DNA of 64,000 nucleotides from NCBI GenBank assembly GCA_046290225.1, contig JBKAGE010000037.1, positions 349,449 to 413,448 of the forward strand, given 5' to 3'. Position numbers and translations under genes: made by a program. The notes below the pieces were generated by a model, which saw only the letters and a program-made list of their open reading frames with translations, ran no database searches and had not been told where the DNA came from. This DNA comes from Bradymonadia bacterium (GTDB taxonomy: Bacteria; Myxococcota_A; Bradymonadia; UBA7976; UBA1532). This document shows positions 9,776 to 18,356 of the stretch, one piece after another. Within the stretch, counting starts at the first letter, position 1. The number at the start of each line of letters is the position of its first letter.

Positions 9776-10282
9776 ATGCACACGCCACATCTCATCACTC
9801 CGGTGGATGCAGAGGCCCTGGCCAGCATCATCGAACAAGTGGGTCGAGCCATGTACGCCATGGCGTTCACTGATGGGTTGAACCCCGCTCAGTGGGCAGC
9901 GCTGCGATACTTTCATCGCGCAGATGACACCGGGCGTACGGTGAGCGGTTTTGCCCGCTTCCAAGGCACGACACCGGGGACCGCATCGCGGACGATCTCG
10001 GTGTTGATCCGCCGTGGCTACCTGACCCGCGACATCGATCCTGCAGATCGTCGCCGGGCCCTCATCGGGCTCACAGGCGAAGGTCACGCCATGATGGATC
10101 TCGATCCCATGACCAACCTGACCGCCGCCCTCAAAGAGGTCTCCCCTCCAGAGCGGGGCATGGTGCTGGGCGTGATGGAGCGCTTACTGCATCACCTGCA
10201 ACAGCCCAAGACCTCTGACGAGGACTCGATCGCTGATCCCAGCGCCACGCATCTCTCCCCTGCCCACCTCGCCTCTGACTGA
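9776..10282 (+). CDS. MarR-family transcriptional regulator
   Basis: GLNPAQWAALRY...TASRTISVLIRRGYL...DPADRR...LTGEG winged-helix pattern. Confidence 0.88.
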   Translation: MHTPHLITPVDAEALASIIEQVGRAMYAMAFTDGLNPAQWAALRYFHRADDTGRTVSGFARFQGTTPGTASRTISVLIRRGYLTRDIDPADRRRALIGLTGEGHAMMDLDPMTNLTAALKEVSPPERGMVLGVMERLLHHLQQPKTSDEDSIADPSATHLSPAHLASD

Positions 10283-10452
10283 AGGCAAGCTCCAGGCCCA
10301 GCCTGGCGCATTTCAGGTCAGCGCACAGTCATCTTCCTTGCCCTCGGGCCTACCTGACGCATATCCATATATACACAGACGAGCGGAGAAGACCGCAGAC
10401 CTGAGGGAGAGGCACCTGAAGGGCTGCGCCAATTTGAGTTGAGGACATTACG

Positions 10453-11190
10453 ATGACGTGTCTGAGGCGGACGTGGGCAGTGCTCACCCTCTGCGCCATG
10501 GGCCTCACCGGCTGCCCGGGGTTCGGCGATCGCACCCTGACGTTCACCGGTGACGTGCCCACCTGGGAAGGTGACATCAAGGCCCTATTCGAAGCGCGAT
10601 GTACGACGTGTCACGGTGATCCACCGGTGGCCGGTGCGCCCTATCCGCTGCTGACCTTCGAGCAGGCGGTGGAGCGTTCGAGTCGTATCTATGCCCGCTC
10701 GGTCACGGTACGCGAGATGCCCCCTGGCGGCGGCCTCGATGACAGCGAGGCCGCCATGCTCAAGGCCTGGCTCGACAACGGCACTCCTCGAGGTGAAGCG
10801 CAGGCGACCCCTGACGCCGAGGTCATGGGCGGCGCCGGTGGTGAGGGCGGTATGGGTGGCGCGATGGCCGGTGCAGGCGGGATGATCGCTGGTGATCCCA
10901 CCTACGACGGTCAGGTGAAGGCCATCCTCGATGGCAGCTGCGCCTTCCCAGGCTGCCACGGTGGCGACGCCCCCGCGGTGAACCTCGACCTGACATCCTA
11001 TGCCGGCTTCACAGCAGGCGGCCTCTCCGGCGTGCTCACCTCCGACTCTGGTGATCCCGCCGACTCGCTCCTGATCAAACGCGTGCGGGCCCTCGATGGC
11101 TTCACCAGCATGCCCCCAGGCAGCATGCTCCCTGCTGATCAGCTCGACATCCTGGACGCCTGGATCGCCGCTGGCGCACCAGAGAATTGA
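10453..11190 (+). CDS. Dihaem c-type cytochrome lipoprotein (planctomycete-type cytochrome c domains)
   Basis: Lipobox LTG-C; haem motifs CTTCH and CAFPGCH, each followed by MPP and W(L/I)xxGxP; Gly/Met linker. Confidence 0.8.
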   Translation: MTCLRRTWAVLTLCAMGLTGCPGFGDRTLTFTGDVPTWEGDIKALFEARCTTCHGDPPVAGAPYPLLTFEQAVERSSRIYARSVTVREMPPGGGLDDSEAAMLKAWLDNGTPRGEAQATPDAEVMGGAGGEGGMGGAMAGAGGMIAGDPTYDGQVKAILDGSCAFPGCHGGDAPAVNLDLTSYAGFTAGGLSGVLTSDSGDPADSLLIKRVRALDGFTSMPPGSMLPADQLDILDAWIAAGAPEN

Positions 11191-12647
11191 GGGCACGACT
11201 CGTGATCAAGACACTCCGTCGTTCATCGACCCCTGGCGCCTGCTTCTGGGCTCTACTGGCCCTCGTGTCGCTTCTGGGGGCCGAGGCGCTGGCCTTGCCC
11301 CAATGGGCGGTGCAGTCGGGGCGGGCCTGTGACACCTGCCACACAGATCCCACGGGCTGGCCCAACCCCGAGCTGGCGGAGCGCAAGTGCTCGCTCAGCT
11401 GTGGCACCTGCCACGTAAACCCCACCGGGGGCGGCATGCGCAACGCCGGGGGGCTCTACTTCGGACGCCAGACCCTGCCCATGTTCGGCAGTCGCCCCGC
11501 CGACGAGCTCTACAAAGCACCGAAGATCAAGCTGACCAACGGGCCCTCGCCGGGCTCACAGCCCTCACAGGCGCCTACGGAAGAGATGAAGGGCACGCCG
11601 ATCCCCAAGGGGGACTGGTACTGGCAGATGCCCCTCGATCAGGCCCCTCGGCTCGGTGTCTGGCCCTGGAAGGTGCCTGGGCCCATGACCGCGGGCCGCT
11701 ACGCCGGGATCCCGGTGAGCCCCACGTTCCAGGTGGGTACCGATCTGCGCTTCATGGCCTACTACCCTCAGGAAGAAGGGGTCGAGACGGCCTACTTCCC
11801 CATGCAGGCCGATCTGCACCTGCTCGCCCGGCCCTACAACCCCGAGGGGGTGAACGTCGGCCGCCTCACCACCTTGATCACCATGGGCTTTCAAGGGTCT
11901 CGCGGCGAAGAGTTCGATGGCTTCGTCGATCGATACTTCACCCGTGAATGGTGGGCGCTCTACGACAACCTGCCTTATCAGTTCTATGTGAAGGGTGGGC
12001 GCTTCCTGCCGGCCTATGGCTGGAAGCTCGACGATCACACGGCATATACCCGTCAAGGCATGGACTTGCTGGGCACCCCCTTTGATCACGAGCGGCAGGT
12101 CACCGGCGTAGAGGTGGGCCTCAACCCCAACTATTTCTATGCCCACGCCAGCCTCTTCAATGCTGCCCAGAAATGGGACGAGCCCATCAAGGACGAAGAT
12201 GGCTATGGCGCCGCCCTCACCGCCGGCTGGCGGCACATGGGCTGGCACGTGGGCGGCTCGTTGATGGGGGGCTCGAAAGAGGGCCTCGACCAGGTCACGG
12301 CGGGGGCGAACTGGGCCCTCAACCTGATGTGGTACGACATCTTGCCCATCATGTATCTCGGAGAGCTGAACTACACCCACTCGGGTCTCGACGGCCGAGA
12401 TCGCAACGGCATGAACGCGTTCCACGAGGTCGAGGTCCGGGCCACGCGGGGGGTGCAGCTCAAGCTGCGCTATGACTGGCGCGATCCCGACACCCAGTTC
12501 ATCGACGATCACTTACACCGCTACATCGTCGGTGTGCAGTGGTACCCCGTGAGTTTCCTCGAGGTGATTGTGCAATACCGTCATAACCGGGAGCTCGAGC
12601 AAATCGACAACGATGAATTCTTCGTGCAGCTCCACGGTTGGTATTGA
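11187..12647 (+). CDS. Cytochrome c-outer-membrane beta-barrel fusion (Cyc2-like, two CxxCH)
   Basis: Signal peptide, then LPQWAVQSGRACDTCH...CGTCHVNPTGGGMRN; amphipathic beta strands; C-terminal FFVQLHGWY beta-signal; start may be GTG 11202. Confidence 0.75.
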   Translation: MRARLVIKTLRRSSTPGACFWALLALVSLLGAEALALPQWAVQSGRACDTCHTDPTGWPNPELAERKCSLSCGTCHVNPTGGGMRNAGGLYFGRQTLPMFGSRPADELYKAPKIKLTNGPSPGSQPSQAPTEEMKGTPIPKGDWYWQMPLDQAPRLGVWPWKVPGPMTAGRYAGIPVSPTFQVGTDLRFMAYYPQEEGVETAYFPMQADLHLLARPYNPEGVNVGRLTTLITMGFQGSRGEEFDGFVDRYFTREWWALYDNLPYQFYVKGGRFLPAYGWKLDDHTAYTRQGMDLLGTPFDHERQVTGVEVGLNPNYFYAHASLFNAAQKWDEPIKDEDGYGAALTAGWRHMGWHVGGSLMGGSKEGLDQVTAGANWALNLMWYDILPIMYLGELNYTHSGLDGRDRNGMNAFHEVEVRATRGVQLKLRYDWRDPDTQFIDDHLHRYIVGVQWYPVSFLEVIVQYRHNRELEQIDNDEFFVQLHGWY

Positions 12648-12706
12648 CCACCGACCTGGGCCGGCATAATCCACCCCGGTCGGATGCTTGACCGGGAGGA
12701 GCCAGA

Positions 12707-14392
12707 ATGTCGCGCCGTCACCTGCCTCGCCGAGGCCTGTTCACACCACTCATCATCGCCCTGACGCTGTCGCTGGGGGTGGCCCACGCCGCTCCGGTGG
12801 ACGACACCGCACGTCGCCTGATGGAGTACGTGCCTGCGGACACGCCCTATGCCTTCGTGGGGCTCGAGTCGTTCCCCGAGGCCATCACCAAGAAGATGAC
12901 TCAGGCGGTCCAGCCCACCTTGGATCAGCTGAAGACGCAGATGGCCGAGCTCGAGAAGACCCCGGGTCAGAGCAAGGGCGACCGCGTGATCCAGGCCGTC
13001 GTACAGGAGATGTTCGCCAACGTCGATGACGCCATGAACATCTTCGGCATGGGCCCCGACAGCCGCATGGTGATCTATGGCCTGGGCTTCCTGCCCGCCG
13101 CCCGCATCACCCTCAAAGATCCCAAGCGACTTCAGAGCTTCATCGGCAAGGTGGAGAAGCGCTCCGAGGTGAAGTTCGATCGCAAGCAGTTCGACTCGGT
13201 GTCGTACTACAGCTTCGGCGACGCCGAGTTGCAGGTGGCCCTGGCCATCATCAACAACGATCTGGTCATCGGCGCCTCACCCACCTCGATGACCGAGGAG
13301 GTCTGGCCTCAACTCTTCGGACTGCGCAAGCCCCTGAAGACCACCCTCAACCAGTCGGGCAAGATCGACGACCTGATCAAGCGCCACAACCTCAACAGCT
13401 TCGCTGTGGGCTTCCTCGACCACAAAGCCATCGCCCAGCTGCTCATGGGTGACAACACGGGCCTGGGCCAGAAAATGGCCACGGCCCTGGGCTACAAGGT
13501 GAAGCTCGACGCCACCTGCAAGGCCGAGGTCTACAGTCTGGTGGACTATGCACCTCGCTCGATCATCGACTACCGGATCATCGGCGAGCAGGAGATCCGC
13601 AGCGATCTGCTCTTCGAAACCGAGGCCGCCCTCACCCATGATCTCGCCGGCCTCACCACTCGGGTGCCGGGCCTCGGCGGCGCCCAGAAGTCCCACCTCG
13701 GTGAGATGGCTTTTGCCCTCGACGTCAATGGCATGTTCGACCTGCTCGGCCGCCGGGCGAAGGCCGCCGCGGCGAAGCCCTTCACCTGCCCCGACCTGCA
13801 GGGCCTCAACGAGATGGCCACGAACCTGAGCCGGGATCTGGGCAACGGCACCCCCGCACCAGCGGCAGCCTTCGCCAAAGGCTTCCGCGGGCTGCACGCG
13901 GTCATCGAAGACGGCCGGATGACCAAGGACAAGAGCTTCGAGGCCAAGGGCTTTGTGCACTTGTCCCACGACACCCCCATGACCTTCATGGGCATCCTGG
14001 GCATCGCCCTCCCTGCTCTGGGGCAGGCAGGCCTGACCGACGACGGCAAGGTGGTGGACGTGAAGCTGCCCAAGTCGCAGTCGAGCAAGATGGACTTCTC
14101 CGCGGTCTCCGCCGTGGCGGTCCGGGGCAAAGGCATGGTGGTGGGCTCTGGCAAGGGCATGAAGGGCCGCATCACCGGCGTGCTCGACGCCCCCGCCCCC
14201 GGGCCGGCCCCAGTGTTCCTGTTCAACTACGATGCCGGACGCTTCCTCAAGCTGATCGGCGACACGCTGCCCCCCGACGCCACCGAGCGCGAGGCCATGG
14301 AGTCCTTGCTCAGCGTCTTCGGCGCCACGGGATACGGCGTCTACTTCACTGATCGCGGGCCCATGATCCGCAGCACCATCTTCTTGCGCTGA
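12707..14392 (+). CDS. Secreted hypothetical protein (possibly DUF3352-like)
   Basis: 561 aa, signal peptide ending AHA, strong codon bias. Confidence 0.65.
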   Translation: MSRRHLPRRGLFTPLIIALTLSLGVAHAAPVDDTARRLMEYVPADTPYAFVGLESFPEAITKKMTQAVQPTLDQLKTQMAELEKTPGQSKGDRVIQAVVQEMFANVDDAMNIFGMGPDSRMVIYGLGFLPAARITLKDPKRLQSFIGKVEKRSEVKFDRKQFDSVSYYSFGDAELQVALAIINNDLVIGASPTSMTEEVWPQLFGLRKPLKTTLNQSGKIDDLIKRHNLNSFAVGFLDHKAIAQLLMGDNTGLGQKMATALGYKVKLDATCKAEVYSLVDYAPRSIIDYRIIGEQEIRSDLLFETEAALTHDLAGLTTRVPGLGGAQKSHLGEMAFALDVNGMFDLLGRRAKAAAAKPFTCPDLQGLNEMATNLSRDLGNGTPAPAAAFAKGFRGLHAVIEDGRMTKDKSFEAKGFVHLSHDTPMTFMGILGIALPALGQAGLTDDGKVVDVKLPKSQSSKMDFSAVSAVAVRGKGMVVGSGKGMKGRITGVLDAPAPGPAPVFLFNYDAGRFLKLIGDTLPPDATEREAMESLLSVFGATGYGVYFTDRGPMIRSTIFLR

Positions 14393-14400
14393 TCGAGCAC

Positions 14401-14973
14401 ATGCCTCTGACGCTCCCCCCCATCCATCTGCCCATCACGCACGAAGACGTCGATCAGCTCGCAGCGGCGCTTGGCGAGGTCATCCCCCGCTTCGCGATTC
14501 GCTACAAAGACGAGTCACCGCTTCAGCGCCTGATCGGCCGCCTGGTGTCACCCTTTAACTCGGAATACATGACCCGCTTCACCACGGTGATGTTCGGCAA
14601 AGTATATTTCCCGAGTCGGGCGTGGTGTGACGAGATGGGCCCGGAGGCGGTTTACAGCATCTTGCGCCACGAGGCGGTGCACCTGCTCGACGCCAAACAC
14701 TTCCCGGTGATCTTTCACCTGAGCTACTTGTTCTTGTTGCCAGCAGGCCTCACGGCCCGGGCGTGGTGGGAGTGGCGTGGGTACGTGGAGACAATGCGGG
14801 TGGAGGTGGCCCTTCGAGGGTACGTGCCCGAGCATCACATCGAGTGGATCGCAGGCTGCTTCACGGGGCCTGCGTATCTATTCATGTGGCCGTTCCCGAA
14901 GCAGATCCGTCGCGCCCTGAGGCGTAAGGCGAAACAGCTTCAAGCCCAGCGTGAAGCTCAAGGCAGCCCGTAG
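14401..14973 (+). CDS. Putative HExxH zinc metallopeptidase-like protein
   Basis: ILRHEAVHLL with a downstream EWRGY third-ligand-like motif. Confidence 0.65.
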   Translation: MPLTLPPIHLPITHEDVDQLAAALGEVIPRFAIRYKDESPLQRLIGRLVSPFNSEYMTRFTTVMFGKVYFPSRAWCDEMGPEAVYSILRHEAVHLLDAKHFPVIFHLSYLFLLPAGLTARAWWEWRGYVETMRVEVALRGYVPEHHIEWIAGCFTGPAYLFMWPFPKQIRRALRRKAKQLQAQREAQGSP

Positions 14974-15404
14974 TCGAAGCCCTTCATCGTCGCCAGATAG
15001 ATGCCCAGCGCCGCGCTCACCATGGCCATCAATGCTGACAGGCCGTAGACCAGCCGCAGCTGGGGCACGAGCCTCAGGCTCGATTGCCGTGCGCAGGCCA
15101 CCATCATCACCCCACCGGCGAGCGACAGCGCCAGGGCATACCAGGCCAGGTGCTCTTTGATCTCGAACATCTGCCCCATCTGCAGGTCAGCCAGATAGAG
15201 CTGACGGCGCAGCTCTTGTCGGTATGCGGGGTAGATCACCCAGCCCATGATGTTGGTGCCCAAACACGTGAGCGTGGCCAGATAGCCCGCCAGCCGTGTG
15301 CGAGGGCTCGGCCGCTTCGCCCGCCGCAATGCCAGAGGTGGGTGCAGGGCCAGGGCGATGCCCAGCAAGGCCAGATGGCCGTGGATCTTCTCCCAAATCA
15401 GCAT
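14958..15404 (-). CDS. 4-TM membrane protein with His residues (last gene of the rSAM operon)
   Basis: Four hydrophobic segments; HGHLA, IYPAYR, FEIKEHLAW; TGATG overlap with the upstream gene. Confidence 0.7.
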   Translation of the reverse strand: MLIWEKIHGHLALLGIALALHPPLALRRAKRPSPRTRLAGYLATLTCLGTNIMGWVIYPAYRQELRRQLYLADLQMGQMFEIKEHLAWYALALSLAGGVMMVACARQSSLRLVPQLRLVYGLSALMAMVSAALGIYLATMKGFDYGLP

Positions 15405-15736
15405 CAGGGATACATCACGCTGAGCAACGCGCAGCCGAGGGTCACTGGCACGAGCAAACGCGTCAGCCAGCGTATGATCTGCTCGGCCCGGCCGAGGGCC
15501 AGACGCCAGCCGGCGATGGCCCCCACGGTGGAGATGAAGGCCGAGAGCCCCAAGCGCCAGAAATACTCCACCCGCACGGTGGCCATGATGGCGGTGGGGT
15601 CCACCGGGCCCATGTCGATGGCCGCTCGTGTGCGATCAAGGCTGTAGAACAGACAGCCCACCAGGGCGCCGGCGAGAGCGCCGGCGCAGATGCGCAGCCA
15701 CACATCTCGCTCATGGTGCGCTTCGACGTCTGACAT
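15404..15736 (-). CDS. Small 3-TM membrane protein (rSAM operon)
   Basis: 110 aa from ATG 15736, which overlaps the rSAM stop (TGATG); three hydrophobic segments. Confidence 0.7.
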   Translation of the reverse strand: MSDVEAHHERDVWLRICAGALAGALVGCLFYSLDRTRAAIDMGPVDPTAIMATVRVEYFWRLGLSAFISTVGAIAGWRLALGRAEQIIRWLTRLLVPVTLGCALLSVMYP

Positions 15737-16908
15737 CAGGGACACCTCACGGGCTCGAAGGGCACACCCCGGTGGTGGGCCATCACCCGAGGACACTCCG
15801 GATCCGGAGCGAAGTACGTGTCGTCGTAGAACGCCGTCACCGCCTTGCAGCCCCCTTTGCAAATCGACCGATAGACGCATGTATTACACGGCGCAGGGGC
15901 GTTCTCCGGGTAGCTCCGCCAGCGCTTCAAGGTCTCGTCAGTGCCCCAACGTGGCCCCAGAGCGCCCGCGTCTCCGAGGGGGGTCTCGATGAAGCTGCAC
16001 GGGGTGGCGTGCAGCTCTGCAGTGATCGCGCTCAGCGCGTGACCCGCCTCGCAACCGTACACCCCGAAACGTTCGAGCTGCTCCGGGTCGGGGTTCGCCG
16101 CGCAGAGCATAGGGATGAACGAGCAGTCCACCTTGAAGCTCACGGCGGGATATTGCTCGGCGAGGGCCATCAGAGTGGGCGTGAGGGATCGACTCTGGGC
16201 CTCGGTGAGGGCCATGCTCTCATAGATGTCCCGGCCTCGACCCGTGGGCTTAAACCGCAAGCACTCCACCTCATCCACCCCATAGGCCACCACGGCCTCG
16301 ACGGTCTGGGGCAGCGCTTCGAAGGTGGCCCGACTGAGCACACAGTTGATGCCACAACGCACGCCGGCTTCCGCGAGCATGGACAGCGCCTTCAACGCAG
16401 CGGCGGCGCCATCGTAGCCGCGACTCTGGCGGTAGACCGCGCCCACGCCATCCATGGAGACGTTGACCCGCCCAAAGACAGTGCACGCCCGAGCCCGCTC
16501 AGGGGTCAGGCCGATGCCGCTGGTGGTGAGGTTGGGCACCATGCCCCGCTGACGAATGTAGTGAGCCAGCTCGAAGAGGCCCGGCCTCAGCATGCTCTCC
16601 CCGCCGCCGAGGGCCACGTGGAACACACCTGCATCGGCGAGCTGATCCACCACGGCCTTCAGAGCACTGACTGTGGGCTCTGCCCCTGAAGGCGTGGCCC
16701 CGGTGTAGCACCCCGGGCAGGCTGCGGGGCAGCGATTGGTGGTCATCAAGTGCACCTCGATGGGGGCGCTCAAGTGACCTGATGGTGCAGACCACGATGG
16801 ATGCTCACGGCCACCGAGGGCTCGAGCCATGGTCTGATCGACGTGCACCAGCGCCGGCGGATCGTCCAGGGCGATGATGGCGCCGAAGTCTTCGTAGCGC
16901 AGCTTCAC
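15736..16908 (-). CDS. Radical SAM/SPASM-domain protein (PqqE/MftC-like clade)
   Basis: CPAACPGC, GGGE, SPASM cysteines CEAG...PCSF...CNTCVYRSICKGGC...PDPEC. Confidence 0.92.
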   Translation of the reverse strand: MKLRYEDFGAIIALDDPPALVHVDQTMARALGGREHPSWSAPSGHLSAPIEVHLMTTNRCPAACPGCYTGATPSGAEPTVSALKAVVDQLADAGVFHVALGGGESMLRPGLFELAHYIRQRGMVPNLTTSGIGLTPERARACTVFGRVNVSMDGVGAVYRQSRGYDGAAAALKALSMLAEAGVRCGINCVLSRATFEALPQTVEAVVAYGVDEVECLRFKPTGRGRDIYESMALTEAQSRSLTPTLMALAEQYPAVSFKVDCSFIPMLCAANPDPEQLERFGVYGCEAGHALSAITAELHATPCSFIETPLGDAGALGPRWGTDETLKRWRSYPENAPAPCNTCVYRSICKGGCKAVTAFYDDTYFAPDPECPRVMAHHRGVPFEPVRCP

Positions 16909-17180
16909 TGATCCGCCTCAGGCTCGGAGGCCGCCTCACCATCGGTAACCTGCTGGCGCTGGGCGCGGGCCTGCAGCAGCGCTGACATGAGGTTCACAGC
17001 CACAGTGCTCGCCGTGGCTGTCCAGAAGAGCATGTTGATGACGCTGCCCACGGAGCTGGAGTTCGGGTTGTAGCCGAACTTGATCTTCAAGATGCGGCCC
17101 GGCAGCGGCGCACCGGGCTCGATGGCCCCTTCAGCGCGCAGGGCTTCTCTCAGCGCCTCGTGCCAAGCGTCTTCGTCCAT
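16905..17180 (-). CDS. Small protein with KIKFGYNPNSSS motif and one hydrophobic segment; candidate rSAM substrate or partner
   Basis: 91 aa; starts 1 nt after the upstream stop; its TGA overlaps the rSAM GTG (GTGA). Confidence 0.7.
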   Translation of the reverse strand: MDEDAWHEALREALRAEGAIEPGAPLPGRILKIKFGYNPNSSSVGSVINMLFWTATASTVAVNLMSALLQARAQRQQVTDGEAASEPEADQ

Positions 17181-17181
17181 C

Positions 17182-18294
17182 TCACATCCCCATGAGGGCC
17201 TGCAGCCCAAAGGTGTCGAGCACCATGAAACATGCCCCGAGAGAGGCGGTGACCGACAACACCGCCAATGCCATATGAAGCCCGAGCCCTGTCGTGGGTC
17301 GCCCGTGACGGCTCGCGCCCACGATCAAGTGCACCCCCACGAGGGCCACACCACACGACCAGAAAGGCCAGAGGTGCCCCGGGCTCCACAGCTCGGCGAT
17401 CAGGCCGCCGGCCCCGAAGACATACACGATGAAACTCGCCCCTCGCCAGGGTCGCCAACGCCTCAGCGTCGAACCTGAGAAGGCCCGCCACCCTTGTCTG
17501 AACACGCACAGACCGAGGAGAGCGGCGAGCATCACCCAAGAGCCGAGCCGAGCCCGAATGCGCCACAGCAGATCTCGGGCGTTGTGGAGCAGCCTTCTCA
17601 AGCGCACGTGATCGGTATGCTGAGCCAAGTGCGCCTCCAGCGCCTCGATGAGCGGTGTCGGATCTCTCGAGCCCACGGCGCGAAACGCGAGCTGATATGC
17701 CGTATAGGCCTGCACCTCGTTCGCGGCAGCAAGGCCAATTGCGAGGGTGCGCTGCAGCGATGCTTCAGGGCGTCTTTGCACCTCGAGATCGTCACGGGCG
17801 AGCCAGAGCTCCAGAGCGAATACCGCCTCGGGCTCTGCATCGGCTCGCAACGCCTGTACCGCAGCACGGGTGGCATCACCGCCAAGCTTCAGAGCCTCGG
17901 CTTTGATGCGCTCGAAGCGCGCCAGAGTGTTCTGAGCGGCCTCGGGGCGAGCACCGATCACTTCGAGGCGACGTCGAGCACGGCGCGCGAAACGACCACC
18001 GGGATCGAGTTCGAGGGATCGCTGGTACCATCGCTGAGCCCCACTCAGCCCTCTCGACTCCATCAACTCACCCAACGTGTAGGCCGCGCGGGCCCCCTGG
18101 CGTTTCAGAGCCTGAGTCGCTTCGGGGTCAGACGCTTGATTCACCATCTGCCGCAGCTCCACGGCCCCTTGCCGATATGCCGCTTCGTCATCGGCAGCCC
18201 GGACAGCATCGAAGATCGCCCGAGGATCCCGCTCTGCGCTGGCTGGTGCGGAGCACAGGGCGATCACGAGCCACACGAGAGGCACGCACAACAT
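17182..18294 (-). CDS. Exported TPR-like helical protein with a C-terminal multi-TM domain
   Basis: Signal peptide (APASA), TPR-like AAYTLGEL...WYQRSLELDPGG, about 4-5 C-terminal TM helices. Confidence 0.7.
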   Translation of the reverse strand: MLCVPLVWLVIALCSAPASAERDPRAIFDAVRAADDEAAYRQGAVELRQMVNQASDPEATQALKRQGARAAYTLGELMESRGLSGAQRWYQRSLELDPGGRFARRARRRLEVIGARPEAAQNTLARFERIKAEALKLGGDATRAAVQALRADAEPEAVFALELWLARDDLEVQRRPEASLQRTLAIGLAAANEVQAYTAYQLAFRAVGSRDPTPLIEALEAHLAQHTDHVRLRRLLHNARDLLWRIRARLGSWVMLAALLGLCVFRQGWRAFSGSTLRRWRPWRGASFIVYVFGAGGLIAELWSPGHLWPFWSCGVALVGVHLIVGASRHGRPTTGLGLHMALAVLSVTASLGACFMVLDTFGLQALMGM

Positions 18295-18356
18295 GTTGCC
18301 TGCAGCAGCATCTAAAGTCGTGATACCTTCTCTCCTCTCTTCAGCCGGGTAGAACC

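Noticed and set aside
10380..10432. Glycine-riboswitch-like words (GGAGAAGACC, GGCACCTGAAGG)
   Set aside because: The CTCTCAGG element and supporting stems are missing, and the downstream genes are unrelated to glycine
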